A stretch of DNA of 32,000 nt from Nostoc punctiforme PCC 73102 (GCF_000020025.1 NC_010628.1:7110001-7142000), one strand, 5' to 3'; positions 17,181 to 25,032 are shown, counted from the first letter of the stretch. Notes: generated by a model not told the origin, from the sequence alone. A program made the numbers and translations.

Positions 17181-17240
17181 ATGCTCAATTAATGAACAGT
17201 CTGCGCTAGGGTAGGAATTGAAACTCATTTGTGATTTCCT

Positions 17241-18635
17241 GTGCTTCCCTGTAAACGTCCAGCTGTATTTCTAATTTGGGCTGTTCTACTGACTTCCTTA
17301 ACAGCCTGTGCTAACAGTCCAGTCGCCAAAAACCTTGAAGAATCTTTGGCGGCAGATCCGAAGCTGCAAAGCAATCCAGTTGTGTTTGGAGAATCTCAGA
17401 GTAAGCAACCACAAGCACAGCCAAACGATTCAACAGTTCAATTACCAGCTGATTTTCCCAAAGATATCCCCCTATATGCCAATGCCAAACTGGAGGAAGT
17501 TATACCTGCTAGCGGTTCAGAAAATAAAACCTCAACTCGTTGGTTGAGTTCTGACCCTAGCAACTTTATCGCTAGCTTTTATGGCAACCAGTTTAAAACA
17601 AATAACTGGCAGATTTTGCAACAGCCAACAGATGATGCGGGAGGTACTTTTGAGGTACGTCGTAACGATTTACTGTTGAAGATTTCTATTCAGCCTAAAT
17701 CAGTTACTAACGCTACACCTAATCAACCGCAAACCGCCACAGAATTACTAATTGATTACGTACCGAATAGTATTGCTACAGCACAAACTACCCCAAATAC
17801 AAATTCTAGCGAAACTACTAACGTCGTTCCTCAACCAGGAAATCCACAGTTCATTGGGCCAGTACCACCTGCAAACTTGGCAGCACAGCCACAAAGTACG
17901 GCTAATAACCAAATAACTCCTACAGCCACAGCCGAATCTCAAGAATTCAGCGATCTGAATAAAGTACCTCAAGAATGGCGGCAACACATCCAAGACTTAG
18001 CCGCATTAGGTGTTTTATCCCTAGAACCAAAGGTAACTAAGAGTAATTCTACTACTACAAATAATCAGTTTGAACCCGGTAAAATTGTTACACATCGGGA
18101 ATATGCTCGTTGGCTAATTGCTGCTAACAATGCTATGTATGCCAGCAATCCAGCTAAACAAATTCGCTTGGCATCAGAAAGCACTCAACCAATTTTTAGT
18201 GATGTTACCGCAAAAGACCCTGATTTTCCAGCAATTCAGGGATTAGCCGAAGCTGGGCTAATTCCCAGTCCTTTGTCTGGAGATTCCACAGCTGTTTTGT
18301 TTCGTCCTGATGCACCCCTAACGCGGGAACAATTACTGTTGTGGAAATCACCTCTAGATACTCGCCAAGCTTTACCTTCTGCTAACTTAGATACGGTTAA
18401 ACAGACCTGGGGTTTCCAAGACGCAGCGCGAATTGACCCCAAGGCTTTAAGAGCAGTGCTGGCTGATTATCAAAATGGCGAGCAATCGAATATTCGGCGG
18501 GTGTTTGGCTATACGACTCTGTTTCAGCCCAAAAAACCAGTAACTCGTGCTGAGGCTGCTATGACTTTGTGGTATTTCGGCAGTCAGAGTGAAGGGGTGT
18601 CAGCAACTGAAGCTTTGAAGTTAAAACGAAGTTAA
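17241..18635 (+). CDS. SLH-domain lipoprotein (464 aa)
   Basis: Track ORF (GTG start). Lipobox-like LLTSLTAC. A Q/P/T/N-rich linker precedes C-terminal S-layer-homology repeats (FSDLNKVPQEWRQHIQDLAALGVL; FSDVTAKDPDFPAIQGLAEAGLI; …VTRAEAAMTLWYF). Confidence 0.8.
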   Translation: MLPCKRPAVFLIWAVLLTSLTACANSPVAKNLEESLAADPKLQSNPVVFGESQSKQPQAQPNDSTVQLPADFPKDIPLYANAKLEEVIPASGSENKTSTRWLSSDPSNFIASFYGNQFKTNNWQILQQPTDDAGGTFEVRRNDLLLKISIQPKSVTNATPNQPQTATELLIDYVPNSIATAQTTPNTNSSETTNVVPQPGNPQFIGPVPPANLAAQPQSTANNQITPTATAESQEFSDLNKVPQEWRQHIQDLAALGVLSLEPKVTKSNSTTTNNQFEPGKIVTHREYARWLIAANNAMYASNPAKQIRLASESTQPIFSDVTAKDPDFPAIQGLAEAGLIPSPLSGDSTAVLFRPDAPLTREQLLLWKSPLDTRQALPSANLDTVKQTWGFQDAARIDPKALRAVLADYQNGEQSNIRRVFGYTTLFQPKKPVTRAEAAMTLWYFGSQSEGVSATEALKLKRS

Positions 18636-18636
18636 A

Positions 18637-18660
18637 GCGATGTCTATGAAGGGTTACGCC
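18637..18660 (+). repeat. SDR copy immediately after the stop codon
   Basis: gcgatgtctatgaagggttacgcc (compare 7440: gcgatgtctatgacggctatgcc). Confidence 0.55.
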
Positions 18661-18950
18661 ATTCTGTTGCGGTTAGTTTATCCGTAGCAGAAAAGTGGCA
18701 ATGCCCAGGCTTTAGCATAGAAAATTTGCGATTTCTTTGTAATACACTGATTTTTTATCAAGAAAATGTAAATCTAAGTGTTTTCAGCGTTTTTACCTGT
18801 ATTTGATGAATTTTTGAGGCATAGTTAGGTAAAACAACGTAAATTAACTCAATATACGTACTTAGTTTGAATTAACTCAAAAAACAAATTGCCAGCGATC
18901 GCCTTTTCATTACTTTGAAACAAACTAAAAATACCACAGGTAAAATAAAT

Positions 18951-20030
18951 ATGAAAAAACAAGCTGTAGCCGCAGGATTTGTTCTCTTATCTTTCATGTT
19001 ACCGCTCAAGGCGAGTGCAGCGAGTTTTAGCAACTTTTACGTGTTTGGCGACAGCCTTTCTGATACTGGAAATGTCTTCGCTGCTACTGGTGGTTTAGCC
19101 GCTCCGACAACAGCCATTCCCCAAGATCCACAATACTTTCAAGGACGTTTTTCTAATGGGCAGGTTTGGGTAGACTATCTTGGAGATCAGCTAGGATTAA
19201 CACCCTCTCCATACATTACTTTAAATCCTGCTATTCCTAACCAAGGGATTAACTTTGCTGTGGGTGGTGCTAGTTCTGGTCAAGGTAATGCTGTTGTTCC
19301 TAATGCACCGTTACCAGGAGTACTGGAGCAAGTCGGCTTGCTGACGCAACCCATCTTACAAGCCAATCAGAAGCTCGATCCAAATGCCCTCTATGCTGTG
19401 TGGGGAGGTGCAAATGATTATGTGTTTGGTCAAGCTACTAATACGACTCAAACAGTTCAGAATTTATCAAATGCAGTATGGTTACTTGCATCAGCTGGCG
19501 CGAAAAATATTTTAGTCTTTAACTTGCCTGATTTGGGCAAGATTCCATTGGCATTCGCTACAGGTTCATCTAGCAACTTGGCTGCTTTGACAAATGAGCA
19601 TAACCAGGAATTAGCACAGGAACTAGGCAAATTTAGCAATAACTCTGATCTGAATCTCATCTCTGTCGATGTGTTTTCCCTATTTAATCAAGTAGAAGCA
19701 AATCCAGGAGAGTTTGGATTTCAAAATGTGACTAACCCTTGCGTAGTAGGAAATTTCCAGACAATCCTCAGTGTTTGTTCTCAACCAAACGATTATTTAT
19801 TCTATGACTCCGTACATCCAACAACAGGGGTTCATAAGTTAGTTGCAGATGCTGCGCTGGCGGCGATTGAGGCTAAGTCTGTTCCTGAACCTGCGATAAA
19901 TTTGGGGATTTTAGCTCTTGGTGCTTTTGGTGCTTTAGGAATCCTGAAGCGTCAACAAAAAAAAGCAGCATTTATGACACCAGTTCGGGTTGTTGATGCA
20001 CAATTATCTCATATAACAGTTGAAAACTGA
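18951..20030 (+). CDS. SGNH/GDSL lipase-acylhydrolase with C-terminal PEP-CTERM sorting signal (359 aa from ATG 18951)
   Basis: Signal peptide MKKQAVAAGFVLLSFMLPLKASA. Block I is FGDSLSDTGN, block II FAVGGA, block III WGGANDY, block V YDSVHPT. The C-terminus VPEP-AINLGILALGAFGALGIL-KRQQKK is a PEP-CTERM motif (motif + TM + basic cluster), followed by 21 further residues. Confidence 0.85.
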   Translation: MKKQAVAAGFVLLSFMLPLKASAASFSNFYVFGDSLSDTGNVFAATGGLAAPTTAIPQDPQYFQGRFSNGQVWVDYLGDQLGLTPSPYITLNPAIPNQGINFAVGGASSGQGNAVVPNAPLPGVLEQVGLLTQPILQANQKLDPNALYAVWGGANDYVFGQATNTTQTVQNLSNAVWLLASAGAKNILVFNLPDLGKIPLAFATGSSSNLAALTNEHNQELAQELGKFSNNSDLNLISVDVFSLFNQVEANPGEFGFQNVTNPCVVGNFQTILSVCSQPNDYLFYDSVHPTTGVHKLVADAALAAIEAKSVPEPAINLGILALGAFGALGILKRQQKKAAFMTPVRVVDAQLSHITVEN

Positions 20031-20043
20031 GCTAACTGTCTTG

Positions 20044-21132
20044 ATGTGGGATTACGATCGCTTATTTGAAATTATTGAAGAATTAGTGATGCACCACTCT
20101 CCTAGTGGTGCAGAAGCTGAGATTAACCAGTTGTTGATGCAACGATTTGCGGCGCTGGGTGTAGAAGTGTGGTGCGATCGCGCCGATAATATTATCGCCA
20201 AGATTCCAGGGAAAAATCCAGACCGAGCGATGTCTAACGACAAGCCGCTTCTCTACGAGAGGCTACGCCAACGCGCCTACGCGATCACAGCACATAAAGA
20301 TGAAATTGGCGCAATTGTTAAAAGTCTCGGTGATGAAGGTCGTGTGGAAGTCCGTAAACTCGGCGGTTCTTTCCCGTGGGTTTACGGCGAAGGGGTTGTT
20401 GATTTATTGGGAGATCGGGAAACCATTAGCGGTATTCTCAGCTTTGGTTCCCGCCACGTTTCCCATGAATCGCCCCAAAAAGTCCAGCAGGAAGATACTA
20501 CTGTTAAGTGGGAAAATGCCTGGATTGAAACGAAACGAACTACAGATGAACTCGAAGCAGCTGGCGTTCGACCTGGAACTAGAATGGTAATTGGCAAGCA
20601 TCGCAAGCATCCAATTAGGTTAAAGGATCATATTGCCAGTTACACTTTGGATAACAAAGCCTCTGTTGCCATTTTGCTAGCTTTGGCTGAAAACTTGAAA
20701 CAGCCAGTTGTTGATGTTTATTTGGTAGCTTCAGCCAAAGAAGAAGTAGGAGCAATTGGAGCGCTATTTTTTACCCAAAATCAACCCTTGGATGCGTTAA
20801 TTGCTTTAGAAGTTTGTCCATTATCCGAAGAATATCCGATTAAAGATGGGGAAAGTCCTATACTTTTATCTCAAGATGCTTATGGGATATATGATGAGGG
20901 ATTAAATGGACAAGTACGCCAATCTGCCAAGCAACTTGATATACCAGTGCAGCTAACGATATTGAGCCAGTTTGGTAGTGATGCTTCCATTGCCATGAAA
21001 TTTGGACATGTAGCCCGTGCTGCGTGTTTGGCGTTTCCTACCCAAAATACACATGGCTATGAAATTGCTCATTTAGGAGCGATCGCTAACTGTATTGATT
21101 TGTTAAAAGCTTTTTGTGAAACTGAGTTCTAG
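20044..21132 (+). CDS. M42-family (glutamyl aminopeptidase / endoglucanase-like) metallopeptidase
   Basis: Track ORF. ATG 20044 (MWDYDRLFEIIEEL…HSPSGAE) is preferred over TTG 20020, which would overlap the upstream gene. ITAHKDEIG, LDNKASVA and the overall size are typical of M42/FrvX-like proteins. Confidence 0.8.
   Translation: MWDYDRLFEIIEELVMHHSPSGAEAEINQLLMQRFAALGVEVWCDRADNIIAKIPGKNPDRAMSNDKPLLYERLRQRAYAITAHKDEIGAIVKSLGDEGRVEVRKLGGSFPWVYGEGVVDLLGDRETISGILSFGSRHVSHESPQKVQQEDTTVKWENAWIETKRTTDELEAAGVRPGTRMVIGKHRKHPIRLKDHIASYTLDNKASVAILLALAENLKQPVVDVYLVASAKEEVGAIGALFFTQNQPLDALIALEVCPLSEEYPIKDGESPILLSQDAYGIYDEGLNGQVRQSAKQLDIPVQLTILSQFGSDASIAMKFGHVARAACLAFPTQNTHGYEIAHLGAIANCIDLLKAFCETEF
20227..20283 (+). 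repeat. Compound SDR-like element in frame inside the M42 peptidase gene (57 nt, 19 codons)
   Basis: gcgatgtctaacgacaagccgcttctctacgagaggctacgccaacgcgcctacgcg encodes AMSNDKPLLYERLRQRAYA. It shares gcgatgtcta… and …ctacgc ends with the intergenic SDRs and has an internal hairpin gcttctc-tac-gagaggc. Confidence 0.5.
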
Positions 21133-21168
21133 TAAAGGTTTAAAACTAATTTACTCGGTAAAATTAGA

Positions 21169-21195
21169 GTGCGTAGTTTGCCGCCGTAAGCATAG
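21169..21195 (-). repeat. SDR copy (reverse orientation)
   Basis: gtgcgtagtttgccgccgtaagcatag is the reverse complement of ctatgcttacggcggcaaactacgcac. It matches 16203-16228 at 24/26 positions. Confidence 0.65.
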
Positions 21196-21263
21196 TTTTT
21201 ACAACCCTTTGGCTAGATGCTTGATTTATGTCAAACTTTAGTATTGAGGAACACTTTCACAAA

Positions 21264-21335
21264 AGCCGATGATGGGATTTGAACCCACGGCCTGCTGATT
21301 ACGAATCAGCTGCTCTACCACTGAGCCACATCGGC
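21264..21335 (-). tRNA. tRNA-Thr (anticodon CGU), 72 nt, no encoded CCA
   Basis: GCCGATG-TG-GCTC-AGTGGTA-GAGC-A-GCTGA-TTCGTAA-TCAGC-AGGCC-GTGGG-TTCAAAT-CCCAT-CATCGGC-T. This is a full cloverleaf with a 7 bp acceptor, a GTTCAAAT T-loop and CGT at anticodon-loop positions 34-36. Confidence 0.92.
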
Positions 21336-21349
21336 GTACACAATCTAAG

Positions 21350-21355
21350 AGTATA
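21350..21355 (-). promoter_or_regulatory. -10-like hexamer TATACT upstream of tRNA-Thr
   Basis: On the minus strand TATACT ends 14 nt before the mature tRNA 5' end. No good -35 is seen. Confidence 0.3.
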
Positions 21356-21368
21356 ACACGATTTAATC

Positions 21369-21662
21369 ATGGTAGATCAAAATCTCAAAAATCGCCTTAA
21401 CCCCGAACAGTATGCCAGCCTCAAAGCAGAAATAGCCGCTCCTTATCGCGGCTTAAGACAATTTATCTATATCGCTTTTGGTGCTTCTGGCTCCATTGGC
21501 GCATTCGTGTTTTTTTTCCAAGTGCTTGCCGGACGGGATGTTGAGAGTGCTTTGCCTAGTTTAGCTCTCCAAGTAGGAATAGTTGCCCTAATGGTCTTCC
21601 TTTGGCGTTGGGAACAGCGTCGGCAACAACGTCCTCAATCAGGCAAAAGTCCTAATTCTTGA
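21369..21662 (+). CDS. Small two-TM membrane protein (97 aa), possibly DUF3493 family
   Basis: Track ORF: …APYRGLRQFIYIAFGASGSIGAFVFFF… and LALQVGIVALMVFLWRW. The family name is recollection only. Confidence 0.65.
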   Translation: MVDQNLKNRLNPEQYASLKAEIAAPYRGLRQFIYIAFGASGSIGAFVFFFQVLAGRDVESALPSLALQVGIVALMVFLWRWEQRRQQRPQSGKSPNS

Positions 21663-21826
21663 AGAGAAAAATTTTAGCTGATGACTTTTTTACTGGTTTG
21701 TTTCTATATATCTTTATATGGATTGATGCTTTTATGAAGATTAAAATATAAAGAAAGAAAAAATAAAAAAATTATTAGGAAATCCCAAAAAGCAAAAATT
21801 TCTGAGAAACTAGAAATCGTTGAAAC

Positions 21827-21902
21827 GGGGTCAGCCATATATAAAGACCCTGACCATAAAACAAATCACATTCAAATGGGGTCAGTTATATTTAAAGACC
21901 CC
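21827..21902 (+). repeat. Two copies of a ~25 nt hairpin-forming direct repeat (GGGGTCAG-N-TAAAGACCC)
   Basis: ggggtcagccatatataaagaccc (21827-21850) and ggggtcagttatatttaaagacccc (21878-21902), with a 51 nt period. Each has gggtc/gaccc ends able to pair. Confidence 0.6.
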
Positions 21903-21953
21903 AAATTTTATGTTTAAAAAACCCCAAAATTAATAAAAATCGCAATCTTGGAA

Positions 21954-21985
21954 GCGCCAGACTAATAATTTGTTAGTCTTGGCGC
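21954..21985. terminator. Hairpin terminator, probably bidirectional (3' of the minus-strand 22008..23702 gene)
   Basis: gcgccagacta-ataatttg-ttagtcttggcgc forms an 11-12 bp stem with one bulge. The plus strand continues tttcaattt. The minus strand continues ttccaagattgcgattttt. Confidence 0.65.
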
Positions 21986-22007
21986 TTTCAATTTGCTAAC
22001 TAGGCAT

Positions 22008-23702
22008 TTACTGGGCTGTTACCAAATAAGATGAAGGAATTGGTTGGGCACGTCCAGCACTGACGAGTGCCTGGTAAACAAAGGCAGCAACCTCGGCTCT
22101 AGTCGCTTGACGATTAGGATTGAGTTGCTTCGCTGTGGGATAGTTGATTACTAGTTGCCGCGCAGTTGCAGCCGCAACAGGAGCGATCGCATAATTAGGA
22201 ATCTGGGCAGCATCGGTATAAAAAGAAAGGACGTTCTGATTATTCGCAGTTAAGCCCAAACCATTAGCTAAAGAGACTAGCGCCTGCACTCTGGGAATTT
22301 GCTGCTGTGGTTTAAAAGTGCCATCGGGATAACCAGAAACAAATTGGCTCTGGTAAGCAGATTGAATTGCAGCGTAAGCCCAGAAATTTGTTGCTACATC
22401 TTTAAACTTAATACCTGCGCGTTTGGCTGGTGGTGTTAAAGCTTTAGTGACAATAGTGGCAAATTGAGCGCGGGTTACAGGTTCATTGGGTTTAAAGCTG
22501 CCATCAGGAAAGCCAGCAATAATATTTTGAGAAGCCAAAGCTTCGATGTAGGTTTTTGCCCAGTAATTTGCTGGCACATCTTTAAAGGCAACAGGCCCAC
22601 CAGGTGGTACATCAACAGCTGCGGCAACAAAATCTACTGAGCCAAAAATCTTTTTCTGATCGATATCGTTGCCAACAGCGACAATTTTACTGGTTTTAGT
22701 GGCATTGTTTACATCATAACGAGTGTTATTGCGGATAAGATTACCACCAGGATTTTCGTTGGTACCAAGGTCAGGTAAAGCACTAACAGTTGCTACTACA
22801 CCATCCCGCTTATTGTTCTGAATGACATTCTTACGCAATACAGGCTTCGCTGACTCTGAGATAAAAAGACCATCTTGGTTTTCGACGATTTGGTTTTCCA
22901 CAATTAGGGGTGTGGAAGTACCACCGATCGCTAGACCAAAACCAGTATCCTGAAATAAGTTACCCCGAATTTCTCCTTGAGCAGCTTTAGCAATTGAAAT
23001 CCCATTGCCTTTGTTTTGCACAAAGATGTTACTTTCAATTTTAGGATTGCCTGTACCCGTGACAAAAACACCCTCTCTGACACTGTTAGTAAAAGTACTA
23101 TTTTTGATAGTAGGATTAGTTGATTCCACCCACACAGCCGTACCCCGGCTATTTGGGTTGGTGACGGTGACACCGGTAATAGTGGTATCTTGTTCGGCAA
23201 GGATGGTAATGTCTTGTCTAGCAAAGGTACGACTAGTGTAGAAACCTCCACCTGTAATTAATATTGCCTGACCTTTACTAGCTTCATCACCCCGCAGTGT
23301 CACTCCTGGTTTAAGCAACAATGGGAAGGTTTCGCCACTTTCCTGGTTATAGTTCCCAGGTGCTAATTGAATAACTGCACCTGCTTGGGCTTGACTGAGA
23401 GCGAAACTGATGCTTTTGTAAGGTGCAGCTGAGGTTGTACCAGCACTAGCACTATCTACACCAGTTGCGGGATTAACATAAATTGCTGCGGCGGTTGTCG
23501 GAACTTGTGCTGTGAGAGTTGGGGCAATACCTTGTGGGTGAGTCGCACCAGCATTAACCGCACCGGGTAGTAATATTGAACCGCAGTAAACCGCAAGCAT
23601 TGCCGTTAGTCCGGCTCCCCCGCGTAAAGTATATCTGAGATGACTGCTAGAAAGAAGGCGAAAATTTTTCGCTATAGAAATGTGAAAACCCCGATATTTC
23701 AT
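22008..23702 (-). CDS. Secreted right-handed beta-helix (DUF1565/pectin-lyase-fold) protein with three C-terminal SLH domains (564 aa; start uncertain)
   Basis: Track ORF. There is a signal-like segment LTAMLAVYCGSILLPGAVNA. The DUF1565-like N-terminus is YKSISFALSQAQAGAVIQLAPGNYNQESGETFPLLLKPGVTLRGD. Repeated N..G.GI/V beta-helix turns follow. The SLH repeats are FKDVPANYWAKTYIEAL…, FKDVATNFWAYAAIQSA… and …ATRAEVAAFVYQAL. Confidence 0.85.
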   Translation of the reverse strand: MKYRGFHISIAKNFRLLSSSHLRYTLRGGAGLTAMLAVYCGSILLPGAVNAGATHPQGIAPTLTAQVPTTAAAIYVNPATGVDSASAGTTSAAPYKSISFALSQAQAGAVIQLAPGNYNQESGETFPLLLKPGVTLRGDEASKGQAILITGGGFYTSRTFARQDITILAEQDTTITGVTVTNPNSRGTAVWVESTNPTIKNSTFTNSVREGVFVTGTGNPKIESNIFVQNKGNGISIAKAAQGEIRGNLFQDTGFGLAIGGTSTPLIVENQIVENQDGLFISESAKPVLRKNVIQNNKRDGVVATVSALPDLGTNENPGGNLIRNNTRYDVNNATKTSKIVAVGNDIDQKKIFGSVDFVAAAVDVPPGGPVAFKDVPANYWAKTYIEALASQNIIAGFPDGSFKPNEPVTRAQFATIVTKALTPPAKRAGIKFKDVATNFWAYAAIQSAYQSQFVSGYPDGTFKPQQQIPRVQALVSLANGLGLTANNQNVLSFYTDAAQIPNYAIAPVAAATARQLVINYPTAKQLNPNRQATRAEVAAFVYQALVSAGRAQPIPSSYLVTAQ

Positions 23703-24160
23703 TTTTTCCGTCTGTGATGTGCTGAATTACGGTATGTCGAACAAGGTTGAAACTAGCAGTCTTGTAGCTGCTGTCAAACCCATGCAAAACTATACTGGAT
23801 GATTAGCACTGATTCAGCTAATTTCCTGAGATACATCACAGAACTTATACATTAGTTATATTATTTTATTCAGAAAATTTTACTAGTACAAGACGGCGGA
23901 AGTTTGCCTATCTTTAACAAAGGGATTTTGCCCCTTGTTAAGCCCCAAGTCTACTTAATCCAGATGGTAGCTGGATTTTTGCCAAGCTGTAGGCTTTCAC
24001 AATGAAGCTATTTCTATCGTTGTCTTATCTAAGCGCTCATCCTGTCTTTGCTACGATTACTGAATTATTTATTTTTTGGTATTTCCTAAAGCCAGATGCC
24101 GCAACTAATTCTGCTGGAATATCATCACAGAAAAAGCAAACCTATTAGAAATTGGAAAAA

Positions 24161-24697
24161 ATGCGTTTTAAATTTTTGGGGTTGCGTCGCACCTTGGTTT
24201 TACTAGGTAGTACCTGTCTTGTACTTTTGTCTACTCCTGCCTTGGCTGCGGAACGAGTAGTGCTGAACTATGGTATCTTCCGTGAATCGCTTTCAGTAGG
24301 CGAACTATCTACCTTTGCCCAAACAGGTGAACTTTCACGTTCATTACGAGTTGATTTTGCGTTAGCACGACAAGATCCTAAAGCCATTCGTCAGTATTTA
24401 ACGGAGCCTGTGAAAGTAAACCTAGTATTTTTAGATAGAGTTCTGAATAGCCAGATTGGTAATATTATTTTGGATCAAATTAGTCAAGTTATTTATACAC
24501 CGTCTCGGAGAGCAGATCGGCAGGCTTTGCGATCTGCTTTGGTACTTTCTGCAAGTCAAGATGGACAGGTGTCGCTAATCGAAATTATTCAAAATTATCC
24601 CACTAATGAAGTGGAAGTTGATGGCAAACGCTTGGAGGGTGCATACCGTCAACTTCGTCGCTTGCAAACAAGCCTACAAGATTTACTCAATTTTTAG
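24161..24697 (+). CDS. DUF1400-domain protein (N-terminal module of cyanobacterial alpha/beta hydrolases), secreted
   Basis: Track ORF (TTG 24152; ATG 24161 preferred). Signal peptide …LLGSTCLVLLSTPALAAE. The ERVVLNYGIFRESLSVGELSTFAQTGE…LR…L core matches my recollection of DUF1400. Confidence 0.7.
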   Translation: MRFKFLGLRRTLVLLGSTCLVLLSTPALAAERVVLNYGIFRESLSVGELSTFAQTGELSRSLRVDFALARQDPKAIRQYLTEPVKVNLVFLDRVLNSQIGNIILDQISQVIYTPSRRADRQALRSALVLSASQDGQVSLIEIIQNYPTNEVEVDGKRLEGAYRQLRRLQTSLQDLLNF

Positions 24698-24891
24698 TAA
24701 GCTAAAGTTTCTAAAGTTTCCCTTAAATACCTTTGTACCTGCTGTTCCAAGCGAATTCCGTGTAATTGAGCATCACGTTCTAGTTGCCAGCGTTGAAAAC
24801 CGGAACTAGTGGAGATCGCACATTTGAGGCTATACCAAATTTCAGTATCAGCAGAAAATTGGCGATCGCTAGAAGCTGGAATTTGAGCCAT
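24694..24891 (-). CDS. Small hypothetical protein (65 aa)
   Basis: Track ORF. GAGGA lies 3 nt upstream of the ATG. The 3' end overlaps the convergent DUF1400 gene by 4 nt. No motif recognised. Confidence 0.5.
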   Translation of the reverse strand: MAQIPASSDRQFSADTEIWYSLKCAISTSSGFQRWQLERDAQLHGIRLEQQVQRYLRETLETLAY

Positions 24892-25032
24892 AGTTCCTCA
24901 TTCCTTTGTTTAACTTCAAGGTTAATTGGGCATTGGGCATGGGTAATTTTTCCACCGACTTTTTTCTGCCCCTCTGCTTCCCTACTGCTTATTTCTAGCC
25001 TTTTAAAGTAAATAATATTACTTTGAGGGCTG

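Noticed and set aside
16964-17228. Two overlapping minus-strand ORFs (74 and 78 aa)
   Set aside because: They are read through the purine/pyrimidine low-complexity inverted repeat (GKEQGAEGKE…, PLPPTAYSPASS…). They overlap each other in different frames and are artefacts of repeat composition.
17308-18442. Alternative-frame and antisense ORFs within the SLH lipoprotein gene
   Set aside because: They are nested within a CDS supported by a lipobox and SLH motifs.
24003-24152. 49-aa ORF (MKLFLSLSYLSAHPVFATITELFIFWYFLKPDAATNSAGISSQKKQTY) just upstream of the DUF1400 gene
   Set aside because: It has no SD and nothing recognisable, and there is no way to test conservation here. It is noted only as a possible leader peptide.
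24606-25011. Plus-strand ORFs 24606..24809 and 24784..25011
   Set aside because: They overlap the DUF1400 3' end and are antisense to the SD-supported 24694..24891 ORF. The second runs through a low-complexity spacer.
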